DNA of 64,000 bases from Octopus sinensis (taxonomy: Eukaryota): NCBI RefSeq assembly GCF_006345805.1, contig NW_021829832.1:372001-436000 (forward strand), in the 5' to 3' direction. Every line of letters starts with the position of its first letter. Position 1 is the first letter of the stretch. The position numbers were made by a program, and so were the translations under genes. The notes below the pieces were generated by a model. The model did not search any database. It was not told the DNA's origin and worked only from the letters and a program-made list of their open reading frames with translations. Positions 1 to 13,356 of this stretch are shown here, piece after piece.

Positions 1-119
1 TAAAACATAATTATAAATTAAAAAATATAAATATTAATATTAATTAATGAAATATTAATATTATAATTTTATAAAATAAAATTTAGTGTATATTTCATTT
101 TACTCGTTGTGGTGTATGT

Positions 120-3100
120 ATGGAGTCGTCTCTGATAAAATCTGGTAAAATCAACTTTATACAATAAATAATATTAACCAAACATCATCTCTCTAATTTA
201 TAGATTCTTTGGCACTAGTTTCGAGATTTTTACAAGACAATTTTTCCCCCAATTTTTTCGAGGTATATTTCACTTTATTTCCCGCCATTACTAAATTGAT
301 TATTCCCAACACATCATTAATTTATTTAGCATTTTCGAGACGAAGTTAATAAAAATAAGGTATATAAACACATTAAACCCACTTCAGCTCATTCCACCCG
401 ACGTCGACTGGAACGGGGAGGAGCGTCGTCCTTCCTTCGACCAATGGGTGGCTTGTCTCGACTATTTCAGAGAGAGCACTACGAGGCATTCCCCAAGTTC
501 TCCCTCGAGAAAATGTGCCAACAGAGGAACACCAGATCACTCAATCTTGTTGAATCCGTGGAAAAACTTCACGGTAGTTTGTTTTGTATATGGTCAAGTT
601 GATGTTGTGAGGGGGAGGGAATTGGCGGGAATTTGTAAGCCTCTTCCAAGTTCGAGGATTTTCGCAAAATATGACAAGATTTGTTCTGTTCGCTGCCATC
701 TTGCGAGGATTACGCAAGTTGTGTTTGATAAGACTGGGGAGTATTTTGTGGTGGTATGTAACTTAAATTATTTAATAAATATATTTAAACAATGGCGCGA
801 AAATATATTTATTTGACGTGGTGACTTTTAGGCTTCCGCGGATTGTTTAATGAAGGTATGGGAACTAAAGTCTATCAGTTTATTATGGACATTGAGAGGC
901 CACGTAAAGCCAGTTAATGACATGGCAATATCTCCGTCTAATGGAGTGATGGCTTCCTGTTGTTCTGAAAGAAAAGTTCGCCTTTGGAATCTGACTGATG
1001 GTTCTTTACTGGGGACACTCGCAGGTCACAGTGGCAATGTGAGTTGTGTCGAGGTTGCTATAGCTATAAATATGACAGTTTTCCCCATTGTTGGATGGAA
1101 ATAAAATGTATTTGGTCTCAGTGACGGACGACGGGGCTCTATTTTTCTGGCCCTACAAAAACGAGGGGACTATTTATACATTCGAGTATGTCATGCGTGT
1201 CTATACTAGTCCCAAGCCCATTTGTAAGTTTAAAGGCCCAAAGTCAGGCGTGAAAGTCATGTCATTGACTTTTAGTCCAGGTTTATTAATAATCTGCTAG
1301 TTCTCTAAGGTGGCGTGTTTTTGGTGACAGGCTGTTCTGATAGTAGTATTCGCATATATTCCCTCCTCAGTGAGAAACCCGAGAAGATAGCCGACCTGGG
1401 CGTAGATCATGTATTCGTGGAATAAACTAATGTGTACTAAAGGGGAAGGTCTGCTGTGTTTTGTACAGTCATTTCTCTGCCAAGTTTTTGTCTGGGTGTA
1501 CTGCTGGGAATGTGAAAGTGTGGAACTTTTACAAGAACATGTGGCGAGCTACTGTTTTCGACCGTTCGAGGGCAATCGAGTAAGTTTGGGGGATTATTGC
1601 AAGTAAGACGGCAGAGGGAGGCAACAGAGTGGAAGGTAGTGAGGATGTGGGGGTTCGAATGATATCTTGGAATTGTGAAGACACGCGTGTCATTTGTTCC
1701 TACAATGATGGACTAGTGGCAGTCTGGTCAGCCAATGGGGGAGTCTTCGAGCGTCCTTTAGTGGTAGAAATAGTCATTTTGAGTGTCAAAGAGAGAAGGA
1801 TTGTCCTCAATCGCAATCACCCTCGACGACCACCCGAGTGACCCTCGAATTGTCGCTGCTTATTATATGGACGGGAATCTCGTTTTGTGGGACATTTTCC
1901 AAGGAATTATGCTCAAGACATTGCACTACCGTACTCAGGGGGTTGTTGGTTTGTCTCATTAATCAGGTTGTGCCCGGCGAAGTCCTCGAGTTCAACGCGG
2001 AGTGTATATTCTCTCCATGTGGGACTTATATACTCATGTCCCACATGAGTCAGGATTTGACTTTTTATTCGTATTCCAAACAACACGAGGTCGATTTTAT
2101 ATACACGTTTTTAGAACATCCCCGAAGATCAGTTTTTTGATTCTGACTTTATGCCCTTTTATGAGGTGTCTGATCAGATAAATGTATTCGATGAAGAGAC
2201 GAGGATTCCCTATCACCGATTACCTCCCCCCGTCATGGTGGACTATGAGGCATTCCCTTTGTCCAATTCTGTACAACTCCGTGTTCCTGGGAGAGAACAC
2301 CTCGAAATTAACAATGCCTGCAAAATATTTTCATTGGGGGACGGACAGTCGAGTAGGTCGGCCTTTGGTGCTCACACCGGGCGTTATATAATTCCTTCTG
2401 TCGACATAAAGTATTCATTAGGATATTCACAAGCAGGTTTATGGAAAATGAGGTCAATGGCCAATTCAAATCCGAGCAAGATCATTATTTGGAACAAGTC
2501 AAGGAAAAACCAACTGAAGTGGTCTGGGACATGTTTATAGTGGTAGGTGGTGAGAAATGTGGCGGGGAGGCCAGCTGTGGTCGACGGAAGACAAATCGGG
2601 TTCGATCGAATGATGTTGGAGACAGATCATGTTATATTCCACATGACATTAATAGGATGAGTCATCAATGCCTCCTATATTGCCTCCCCCACCTGAGCCA
2701 TTAGTGGAGGAGATCCCTGATGGTATGCTACTCACTTTACTGTAGTCCAACCCGAGACTTCCACCACTGATGAGGACGCGGAGGAATACCTCCAACAGTA
2801 CGGATATAACCGAGATGATCTGCTGCCTGGTTCTGGCGTCTCTTCGTCCTCGTCCAGTGAGGACACGGCATTATCTCGTCATGTGTCCATTCCGAGGAGG
2901 AATATCACGCGTGTTCCCCGCAATTGTGAAATGAGATCTCAGCCCAGAACGACGATAGTGTCTCTTCCGTGGTGGATGGTGGAGACACGAGTCAAGAACT
3001 TGTCTGTGCAGCCATACATCCCTCAGATTGGAGACTCGGTGGTCTATTTCATGCAGGGACATCGTCTATATTTGCGAAACTCTCACGCACACATGGACGA

Positions 3101-5030
3101 CCAGACTGTCCCTTGGCGAGTAGACCCAGACATGAAGGTCATTTCCTTATCATTTTTGTAGGAAATAATTTTTCAAACTGTCACGTCCTTCAAGTTCAGT
3201 GTGGACTCTCATCACTTTTTTAATGTCAAACTCGACGTGGTGCAAGACGAGACTACTTCCCAGCGGCGACAGTTCAGTCCTTCTCGATATACACTTCGGT
3301 ATAATATCTGCTATTATTAGGAGATACCGCTATGATGCTGACCCTTCCAGGTCATTTCTTGTGCTCAAGTCTGTGTATGACATATCTCTCAGACATCACT
3401 GGGAAGAAGGTATCCTCGCTTTATAATTGTCAAGGTGACCGTTTTCGCTCACTCCGGGGATCTGAAAATGGGTTTTTTTGGGTTTACGGGACGGTGGTGA
3501 CTCGGAGACCACTGAACAATCATTATCCCAACTCGCCTTTCCAGTCTATCATAGTCTCCTGGGACACGGATGAGATTGCAAAGGTGAGTCCTTGGGATAT
3601 TGAGCCATGTGGAGGTCACGTGCATTATCTGATTGTGTTAGAATACGAGGACTCACCGAGTTGTTACAAATGCCCCATCCGTAATGAGGATTGGGGTGGG
3701 CGTGAGTACTACGACAGTGAGAAGGACAGGCTGATTACCTGTCTGTCGCAGTTGTGTGAAATGTCCATATTTGAGACTTTTGTTGAGCCCGTGGACTTTA
3801 CACTATTCAAGAGTTATTTGAACGCGGTGGCTCAGCCAGTGGATATGCAACTCATATTGGACCGACTGCGGAATGACTATTACCGGTTTATAAGACGGAT
3901 TGATTGACCAATAGGTTGAGGAAGTCTTTAGAACGTGAAATACGGTTGATTAGTTCGAATGCCAGACGTTTTAATCAGCCGAGAAGTGAAATAGTGCTCA
4001 TTTCAGTGAGACTTGTCAAAATATGTATGAAAATCATCAGGTTTGTGTTTATATATATTCCTTAGTGACCAAACCATCCGGGATGCTCGTCCACTCGTGA
4101 TTGACATGGAAATGTCTGTCGAACCGACTGTTTATATGTTTTGTGTTATTCTAGTCAGACTCACTGGAACCGGGGCAGTGGGAACATTCCGTTGTTCAGA
4201 TGATTGCCTCGTTCGAGTCGAGGGATGACTTTGTCAACTTGCAGGCCTCACATGACTTTTTCCAGCAGGTTGGGGTAGTCGGTTTATGCAAGAATTGTTA
4301 CGGGGGAGTGATTTTCGCTGATGTGCTGAGAAATGTAAAATATGGGAACTACACCTCGCCTTTGGTTTTCAGAGACGAACTTCGAAACAAATTCGACGGG
4401 TGGTTGTCTCTGTGTCGGGATCGTCCTCGTTCAAGGGTTTAATCACATTCATGACTAATAGATTTTTAAATGGCTCACCTCTTTGGAGAATTACTTTGAA
4501 GAGAGAATTCAGGAAATCATTGAGACTTGGAAGTCCTCTGCTCGATGTCTGAGGAAGCGCAGGTGAGTTATGAGTGTATATTAAAGAAACGTGTCTCCCT
4601 CTATTACTGTTCAGTGAGTCGTGGGGATAAGTTGGAAAATTCTTGTTCGGTGCCGCTCATCGTTCCAACACACAGTTACAACACTCGATTGAGATCAGCT
4701 GCTATTCTGAGTACGTCAGAGTCGTCTCGACAAAGTCTGCCGTCTCCAGTGAGGAAGGCACCTGTTCGTCGCAAGGCAGTGGAGTATTCGGATGAAGAAA
4801 AGTCGTCTGAGTTTGCTCAGAGTGAGGAATCAAGCAGCAGTGAAGTGAGTACGACGGACGATTCTTCTGTCGCTTATTCGTCCCCAGTTCGGAATCACGT
4901 TCGACGAGCATGTACGCGAAATCGGCGTCATTTCCCTTATTTTTTGCGGGCAGTGCGTCGTACTACTTCTTCATATATTCATAGTCGGCCCAAAAGGGCT
5001 GTCAATTCGTATGTGGAAAACAGTGATTAG
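120..5030 (+). CDS. PHIP: Bromodomain and WD-repeat protein (PHIP/BRWD1/BRWD3 family), multi-exon
   Basis: Splicing of short GT-AG introns (e.g. 448-470) gives MESSLIKSDSLALVSRFLQ...LIPPDVDWNGEERRPSFDQW, WD40 repeats (HLARITQVVFDKTGEYF, LWTLRGHVKPVNDMAISP), YIPQIGDSVVYFMQGHRLY, and bromodomain FVEPVDFTLFKSYLNAVAQPVDMQLILDRLRNDYY, with a second degenerate bromodomain near 4200-4520. Exon boundaries were placed by hand. Confidence 0.88.
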
Positions 5031-5134
5031 GTTCCTAATAATTGTTGTGTTTGTGTTGTTTACTTTTTCCAATTAGGAGATATTGAGAGCAAATTGTTCA
5101 TTTCTCCAATGTTTATATTCGATCATATTTAGGT

Positions 5135-7480
5135 AGTCGAGAGATTTTTTTATTTAACCCAAGAATCACCAACAGTTAATTAGGGTAATTAATTAGGTGA
5201 TTCCAACAATCCTCAAAATCTTTCTCAGCTTTTCCCGATGTTGGAGCTGGACCCGACGCAAGTGCGGGACGGGCGGGGAGCAGTTTTTGTGAAAAATTGA
5301 ATCGGGTGATTTGGTTATTAAGGTCTTTTGGTCCTGTTGGATGGCTATGAAGCTGGTCAAGCTTTCCATCTTTCTTAATAAGGTGGTCAAGCAGACTTGG
5401 AATAATATTGTTCAAATTGGAAATTTTCGTTATGCTAGCCGCTGCTCGGCATAGTGTAGTCTCAATTTTAAGGCGGTTAGACCATGAGAGATTAGTACCC
5501 CATGCGGCGCAGGCATAGCCAATTGTTGGTTCGATGAATTGTTTGTTGAGAGTGCCGGGAACGGTTTTTTTAGTCCGCCAAATATCGATTTGATTAGTCC
5601 AATCTTTCTCTGACTGGATCCGATAGCCTTCTCTAGATGGGCAGTAAAACACATGTGGGTGTCAAAAGTGACCCCCAAAATTTTAGGGTTCTCCGTGAAT
5701 GGGATCTTTTCGTTGTCCAGAAAAAGATCAACAGTACGGCTTCCAAGATTCTTGTCCGACGTAAATAAGGTAGCGGACGATTTTTTCGGGGGAGATGTTC
5801 ATCCTGTTTTGATATAGCCAAGTTCGAATTTGTAATAATAGATCTTGTGTTCTTTTGGAAGCTTCCGAGAGGTCTTGGTCACGTGATCCAATGAGTAGGT
5901 CGTCAGCGTAGGCGAGAATGAATGACTCTTCCATTTCAGGGTTAGGAATGTTGAATAGAGCAGGAGAAAGAGGGGAGCCTTGGGGAACTCCGTTTGGAAG
6001 TAATCTTGAGATTGATTTGATTCCATTCAGACATACACGCCCTCTCCTTCCGCTGAGGAAATTCGAAAGCCAAAGTTATATGTTCGAATCGATGAACAGG
6101 CCAAATATTTTTTGAGTCAGTATCTTTCTGGAGACTGAATTAAAGGCCATCTGAAGATCGAGTGAGCATAAAATTGATTTGAGATGAGGTCTAGTTGTAA
6201 AACCTTTCATTATAAATTGGATTAATGTGGTAAGATGTGTCGAGGTAGAGAAATTACTCCTGAAGCCATGTTGATGTATGTAAGGGGAGAATAGGGGTGA
6301 TCAAATCGAGAATTAGTTTTTCAAGAATCTTTGCAATTGAACATAAAAGTGAAATGGGTCTATAGGAGGAAGGGACGTTCTTCGGTCGGCCCGCTTGAGA
6401 ATTGGACGTATAAGAGAATTTTTCAATATATTTGGTATTTGATTCTGGTTAATGAAATAATTGAAGATGTTAGTCACTGCATCAATTCCGATGGGATCAG
6501 GTGCTTTAGCAAGGTTGTTGAAATCAAGTCTGGTCTACAGGATAGGGATGATTTTGTATTGGCAATCACCGCTGCAACTTCAGCAGGGGATATATAGGTG
6601 GGTGTGTTTGATTTCTTTGGTTTATTGTTTACATAATATGAGTTTATCTTTAGATGATTCTTGTGGCTGATTTCGGCGTAGAATTTTATGAGTTTACTCA
6701 ATTCAGGTTGAATTTTCTGTTCGGAGTCTGTGCAATGTTTGACAGGTCTGAACTTTTTGAGAGCATTCCACATGCGTTGGGCTGATTTTTTTCAAGCGTT
6801 TTGATTTGCTTTTCCCATCTTCTTTTTGGAATGCTTTGAGTTTCTTAGTGATGGTATGGTTTAGGTTCTTTATTTCTTTTTTTCCGCCGGGAATAGAAAC
6901 TAGATTCTTTTTAAGAAAGTTCCTTTTTCTGATAAGAATTTTTGTATCTTGGTCCAGATTTTCGTCGAAGTGATAGTAAGTGCATTTTGAAATAGTTTTC
7001 TACTCAGCAAAATCGCATCATTTAGGCACTTGACAGCTCCGTTAATTGATTTGAACAGTTTAGTATCAAAGTTTTGCAACATTGCGTCGGTGAAGTTAGC
7101 CCTCCCAGTTTGCGTTCTTGTAATTGAAAAAGGACATAGTTTTGTTCATATTGGGAAAGGCTTTCTTGATCCTGATGATTAGATTGTGATGTGAATTAAG
7201 ATCGTAGTCTACTGAGCATGAAATGGCTGAGGATAAGTTAGTTGAGGATAGTGTAATGTCCGAAGATGTTAAGCGTTCGATATCCTTATAAGGTGTCCTA
7301 GTGTGGGTCTTCGGATTTTAAAGGAAAGACATGGCAGAGAGTTGTTCCAATAGAAACCATTGTATTAAGTCTGCACGTTGGAATTAAAACCAAGTCGGGT
7401 GCTTTGCGTTCAAGTCTCCGCAAATTAAAAGGTTCTTTAAATTGGATAGCTTTGAGAAGTTTGGGTTGAATCCCTTTGAA
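5135..7480 (-). mobile_element. Degenerate APE-type non-LTR retrotransposon (I/Jockey-like group), 5'-truncated pol with frameshifts and stops
   Basis: Minus-strand fragments: end of the AP-endonuclease (SDITLSSTNLSS...DYDLNSHHNLII), RT motifs PQGSPL and ILAYADDLLI, LKFWGSLLTPTC (YLG..FD region), PTIGYACAAWG. Ends are approximate. Confidence 0.8.
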
Positions 7481-7671
7481 TATAATGTCTCGTTTATAAT
7501 TGAAATTAATACTTGTTCGATTGAAGTTATAAATATATAATACAATTTATTTATAATAAATTTATTATCACGTGTAGTGTTATCTAGTTAGCGTTGCTTT
7601 TCATTTTTGTATTTAATTTATTAAAGTCACTAAATAATGCCATTTGTCTTATAAATATACATTCCAGAAGT

Positions 7672-8174
7672 ATGGCTCCAAAGAAAGTGAGACAAAAGAA
7701 TGTTGAACCCACCGAAACGACACAAATGCCTGGATCTGAAGTTGTATTCGGAGTGGCTCACATATTCTCAAGCAAAAACGACACCTTCGTCCACATTACT
7801 GATCTTTCTTGCAGGTGATTGTCGTAAAAATATTGTATAGTCAAACTATCTGTCGAGTAACTGGAGGAATGAAAGTCACAAGTGACCGAGATGAAGCAAC
7901 CCCCTATGCTGCGATGTTGGCAGCCCAGGATGCTGCAGAACGTGCGAAGAAACGCCACATTAACGCAGTTCATATCAGAATCCGCGGACCTGGTGGAATA
8001 AAGTTGATTGTGGGGATTGTAATTTGCAGGAGGAGAATGATTGGTCAGGGGGGACAGTCTGCTATTCGTGCTTTGGCTCGGAGTGGATTGGCTATTGGTC
8101 GAATCCAGGATGTGACTCCTATCCCGACTGACTCTACTCGTAGGAAAGGAGGTCGTCGTGGACGTCGACTGTGA
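7672..8174 (+). CDS. RPS14: 40S ribosomal protein S14 (uS11), 3 exons
   Basis: [22 protein letters not shown]...[11 protein letters not shown]...[21 protein letters not shown]; introns 7815-7840 (26 nt) and 8003-8029 (27 nt). Confidence 0.97.
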
Positions 8175-8455
8175 TTTGTTCTTTTGATTTTTAATTTGGT
8201 TATTTCCTAATTCAAACTGTTAATGAAGTTTACAAATATTCTAAGTCAGTTTCCTATTTTTATTTGGATCAATGTTGTGTTCATGGCTCAAGCCGATTGT
8301 GATTATTTTGAGTCATTGAGCAAGTGAACAAATAAGATTTGGGAAGATGTTTTAAAATGTTATTATTTATTTTTCTCATTGGAAAAGTTATATTTTACGA
8401 TCAGTTTATGTTTTTAATGACGATGAATTTGGTATATCAACATATTTGGATCAAA

Positions 8456-9390
8456 TTATTATTATCGGCAACTGCCGTAGAAACATAATAGTTATATTTC
8501 CACACGTGCGGCACTTGAAACGATTTTCTTGATAATCCTTGTCCAACCTCCCCTGTTGCATGCTAAGTTTCTCATTGCGTCCAGATCATCCCCATTTTTA
8601 AGCTTGCGGTTGATTGGTTTGAGGTCAGCATCCAGCACCTCCGGTAGAGTAATGCGCGGGCGTCCCCGAAATTTCTTTCCACTAGCGGCAAAATATTCTT
8701 CCACGGCAGTGGGTACCCCTCAGGGAGACTCCCTTTCCCCTTTGCTGTTCGTGATATACCTGGAGGCGGCTCTGCGTGATCTCAGGCTCTTTTATAATGG
8801 GCAAATCACCGAAATTGTATACGCTGACGATGTGGATTTTGTATCACACGACACAGCAGCCTTGAGGCGGTTACTTGATGTTGCCCAGCAGAGCTTGGAA
8901 AATGGTTCCTCACTGTGAACACAACCAAAACGGAAATCACGGAAGTCGCACGCATGAGTTCAAGACTAGATGATGAATGGAGACGTTCCAGAAAACTGGG
9001 CTCACTTCTCGGAGATAGTGAGGACATTACCCGGAGGAAAGTACTATCGACGGCCGCGTTGAACAGGCTGAAAACGGATTGGGTGGCTAACAAGCCGGTA
9101 ACGATTGCGCTTCGTTTGCGCCTCTACAATGCATTTGTGAAACCGGTCTTGCTGTACAACTCCTCCTGTTGGGGAATCTCTGCTTCCAAAATTAAAAACC
9201 TTAACTCCTTCCACCGAAGACAACTGCGTATATTATGTGGGGTACAGTGGCCGACCCGGATCAACAACGGGGCACTTTACCGTAAATGCTCAGCGCAACC
9301 TGTGATTCTGGATGTGATGGAAGCCCGATGGAGACTGTTCGGACATGTCCTACGGATGGACCAGACGTCACCCGCAAATTTGGCTATGGA
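8456..9390 (-). mobile_element. RTE-clade retrotransposon insertion, 5'-truncated and 5'-inverted, 12-bp TSD
   Basis: The RT core (GTPQGDSLSPLLF, YADDVDF, RWRLFGHVLRM) reads on + at ~8700-9390. Its direct continuation (EEYFAASGKKFRGRPRITL...) reads on - at ~8704-8492, followed by a (TAA)3 tail. Flanked by ATTTGGATCAAA at 8444-8455 and 9391-9402. Confidence 0.88.
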
Positions 9391-9559
9391 ATTTGGATCA
9401 AAATAGAAAGAAAATACTCCTCAATAATTTTATATGATTAAACTACCAATTTGATCTTTTTATATTTGAAAGGATCATAGAGTTGAAGCTAATTTAATAT
9501 TCCTATGCTATTTTGTAAATCACATTCTGAAAGTTAGAACAGGACTTATAAAAAAACGG

Positions 9560-10400
9560 GTTATAGAAAAACGGGTTGGGAACATGACATCGATGCCTTT
9601 CGCGACCTCGGTTGGAACATTTCAAAGTGACTATCTCCGGTTTTATTTATTCATCGTATAGTTGGAAGATTAACTGAGATCTCTCAGAACTGATTGTGGA
9701 GGATCAATGCAGATGGCATAGACTTTGTGTAAGAAAAGTATTTGGAACTTGAACTTGTTTTGAAATAATTCCCAACGAAATTAAGAAAAGACGGAACACA
9801 TAAGAATCACAAGGGAATTAAAACATATTGATGAAAAATGAAGGAAAAAAGGAAACTGGGATCCATACTTGGTGTAGTAAAAACATGATGTATAAAGAGT
9901 CTTAGCCTGTGCAATCTATTAGAAAATCCGAAAAATACGGAGTCGACCAAAGGTAATTAAAACAAAGCTACGAATAAGGTTATATAACATATATAAATCC
10001 GGTACTTGTGTACAACAAGGGTACATGGGGAGTCACAAAGTTAGAACTAAAAAATGAACACATTTCATCGAACTCTATTACGCAATTTACTCGGTCTTGT
10101 CCAAAGAAGATTTCTAACTAGAAATTGTACTCAATGACACAATCGGTTCCAATAAGCACTGAAATTATCGAATCAAGATGGAGACCATTTGGGCATGTAC
10201 GTAGAATGGACATAAACACTCCTTTGACAATAAAAACAAAGACCTAGAGTCACTCTCCCTGTTGTTCTAAACAAGGATCTTAAAAAAATTGGAAAACTCA
10301 AATGTGCGGACGACTTAGAAGAACTACAAGCAGACGCGAAAAACAGATACTGATGGAGAAGCTTGGTGAATAGAATCTCGAAACGTATGGACCTTAGTTA
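9560..10400 (+). mobile_element. Highly degenerate RTE-clade relic
   Basis: Broken frames resemble the 8.5-9.4 kb element: WRKKRKLGSILG, RWRPFGHVRRMD, RPRVTLPVVLNKDLKKIGKLKCADDLEEL. Boundaries are approximate. Confidence 0.6.
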
Positions 10401-10836
10401 ATTTACAAAAACAAAATGTTTTTCTATATTATTAAAATTGCATTCACAGAACTAAAGAATGTAAATTAACTAAGGTCCCATTTGTGCCACACGTTTCGAG
10501 ATTCTATTCACCAAGCTTCTCGATCGGTATCTGTAATCTGCTCACTTTGCGTCATTTTTTATGGTAAAAGAAACTTTAATTCATAAAATTATAATTAATC
10601 GAAAAGTAAATTTTGAAAATATATCAATTCTATTTAGAGAATTACAAAATTTAAAGTTATAAAATGCACTTTTCAATTCAAACTAACATTTTCTAAAACT
10701 ACATTTTTAAGACAGGATTAACATAATCCAATAATAAAAGCATGCTACTAATAAAAAATCTGAAATTAATAAAACAAATGACCATAAATAAACAAACATT
10801 AAAAAAATATTTAATTAAAAAACAACTCAGAACTAA

Positions 10837-11770
10837 TCAGAGTAATAAAAACCAAATTATTATTCCGATAAGATAAACAGACATTCCCACCACTTTCCTT
10901 ACCCCTCTCAGTGTTCTCAAATAATAAAAATCAGGGACTCCCATTAAATTGCAGAATGAATGGACAAACACAGAAGGGTAAAGACTCCCAGTCCTCAGAA
11001 AAATATGCGTCGAGTAACCCCCAAAAAGTGAGGTGTATGCGATCTGATTGACTGTTCTGAGTGCAAAAGAAATCACAAAACCAACCACATTCAACTAGAC
11101 TGACCGAACCCTCCATCCAATGTATCAGGTGAGCTGAACTTTTAAACACCAATTTCTTACCCAGGCCAAAAATGGGAGGAACAAACACAATCAGCCAAAA
11201 GTGACTAAAAAATGGAGTCAACAAAGGCAAAAGATATCCCCGGTAGGTCACTTCCTCAAAAAATGGAGCCTATTTAACTCAGTATACAAATAAGTACGAT
11301 AATGACTATTCTTAAAAAAGACAAGCTTCCCTGCCTAATGAATAATTTGGAGTCAAGAAAATGGATTCCATTGGCCAGGAAAAAAGAAACAAAGCCACCC
11401 CCGTAGATGCACATACACTGGAGTACAGGAACGACAGAAGATAGAGTTGGGAGATGAATGCCTAGTCCGATATAGGATGCAAAAAGTTTCTGCAACGTCA
11501 GGAAGAATACAAACCAATCCAAGCTTATACCCGCACAGAGACCACATCAGAATCCCCGATAGACAGCATGAGAAAAATCCTGCATAAATTCGGTTTATGA
11601 TGTATTTCTTGCTATAGCTTAGTCGATGGTTATTTCAGAGATTATACTGTGGAAGTGATCGGGAGGAAAGTGAAACAATCAGTGGAAAACTGATGCTGAT
11701 AAAAAGAGCACAGAAAAGGGCCACAGAACCCGATAAGTGACAGACTGGAAATTCAAATCTCGAATTCGGA
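10837..11770 (-). CDS. RCE1: CAAX prenyl protease 2 (Rce1 / type II CAAX protease), multi-exon; start uncertain
   Basis: Spliced product contains APFFEEVTYRG, PIFGLAHLIH and YPSVFVHSFCNLMGVPD, matching the EExxxR, FGxxH and HxxxN catalytic motifs; hydrophobic TM segments. Confidence 0.85.
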
Positions 11771-12099
11771 GACCACCACATCCACCAAGTAAAGTAATCA
11801 ACAATTTATTGAATTACAATGTTGTGATTCATAAAAAATAATTTAAAACATAAAACCTTTAACGGAAACCAGTTATAGAATCGGAAAACTAATAAAGAAC
11901 GTCACCGGGGGCCGTCTAAAATGTCATAAAGAGACCCCCGAATGCCTTGGCGCAGTGACCACTTTTATCAATTACCCAGTAAATTAAATTTTTAGTATTA
12001 TTAGGTCAGGGATTGTAAGGCAATTGTGAGTCAGTAAGAGTTAGTTAGTCTTATCGTCGAGTCGTCTTCAATTCATTTTTTAACTTTTTCCTTAATAAA

Positions 12100-12960
12100 T
12101 ATATAATTTCTTTCAAAAGAATCTAAAGGAAACGAGTTATTTCTTAGAGGCAACAAGTTCCATGTCAACCGGACACATTAATTCTCTCGAATAGTGGATT
12201 AAACAGAAATTATATGATAATTGCTGTGGATATCCTTTACTTTAACAAATTAAATATGTTAGCATCAACATTTATGAAATTTTAAACTTACTCAATTGTT
12301 TATTAGTTGGAACATTTCCAAAATTAATTCTTCAGTTCACTTTGAATATATTCATTGAAATATTCCAATATTTTTGTTTATAAAATTATGAGAGCATGTT
12401 TATTTCCACAACATTGTACTTTATGAACGTTCGAGATCTCAGAACTTGTAGTCTGTACTTTTCTAATACAAAAAGCGTAAAGGACATTGGGCCATTTTGA
12501 CTAATAAATCTTGGCAATAGCACGTGCAAAAACACAACCTGTTAAAATTTAAGCGCAGTCTATTCTTAATGGAGAGATAGAACGTTGATCTACACTGCAA
12601 CTAATTAGGATATATTACAGAGCGACAGCATGTCTACATTCCTGTACTTCCTCTGTTTAAAACCGACGAGTAAAGCTCTTGGTGATATCTTTCCTATTTT
12701 TAACAAATACAATTTGAAACAGCCCATAAAATTGTGAACCTATCGAGTTAAATCAGCGTCTGTGAACTTGTAGGAATAAATTAACGTGGATACCCCAGTT
12801 TATCCAGGATAACAAACTCATTTAACGAAGAAATCATTGGAAACCATGGAGTGAAGGAACCATGATCTCATAGCAAACGAATTAGGATGATGCACCCGTT
12901 ATTCCATGTGTGATAACTAGGGGTCACTAAATACCAGAAGGGCTTTATAAGAGGGGAGGA
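12100..12960 (+). mobile_element. Degenerate 3' relic of an R4-like REL retrotransposon
   Basis: Frameshifted RNHDLIANELGMMH...VIPCVIT..GVTKYQKGF resembles KYDLLANELSVLYEAKVKIIPIVLTWDGVVSKF of the intact element at 32.5-36 kb. Confidence 0.55.
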
Positions 12961-13356
12961 AACTATTTTTTAAATTCCTAAACAAGGAAAGGGAAAAATA
13001 TTTTAAATGAAAATTCCAACTTTAATTAAATATTTATTATTGTGTTTGTTGGATGATGAATTGTCTTAAATCCGTTGCGAAAGGAGTCAGATATATTGCA
13101 TGTTCTACAACTAAACTTCAAACTATTAAAATGAAGGAATGGCTCGCTACATCTTCTCTAAACAATGTTCCACACACATTCAAGTCGTGCGTCAGAGAAA
13201 AAATATTCGATGCCTCTCAGGTGGGTCATATTTCAATCATTGCAGTCTGCATTTTATTGTATTGGAAAGACGTATTCCTCCCTCTTCAACAAAACAAAGA
13301 AATAGTGAATATAACTACTCTAATTCTTAAAACTCAATATTGTTAACAAAAATATA

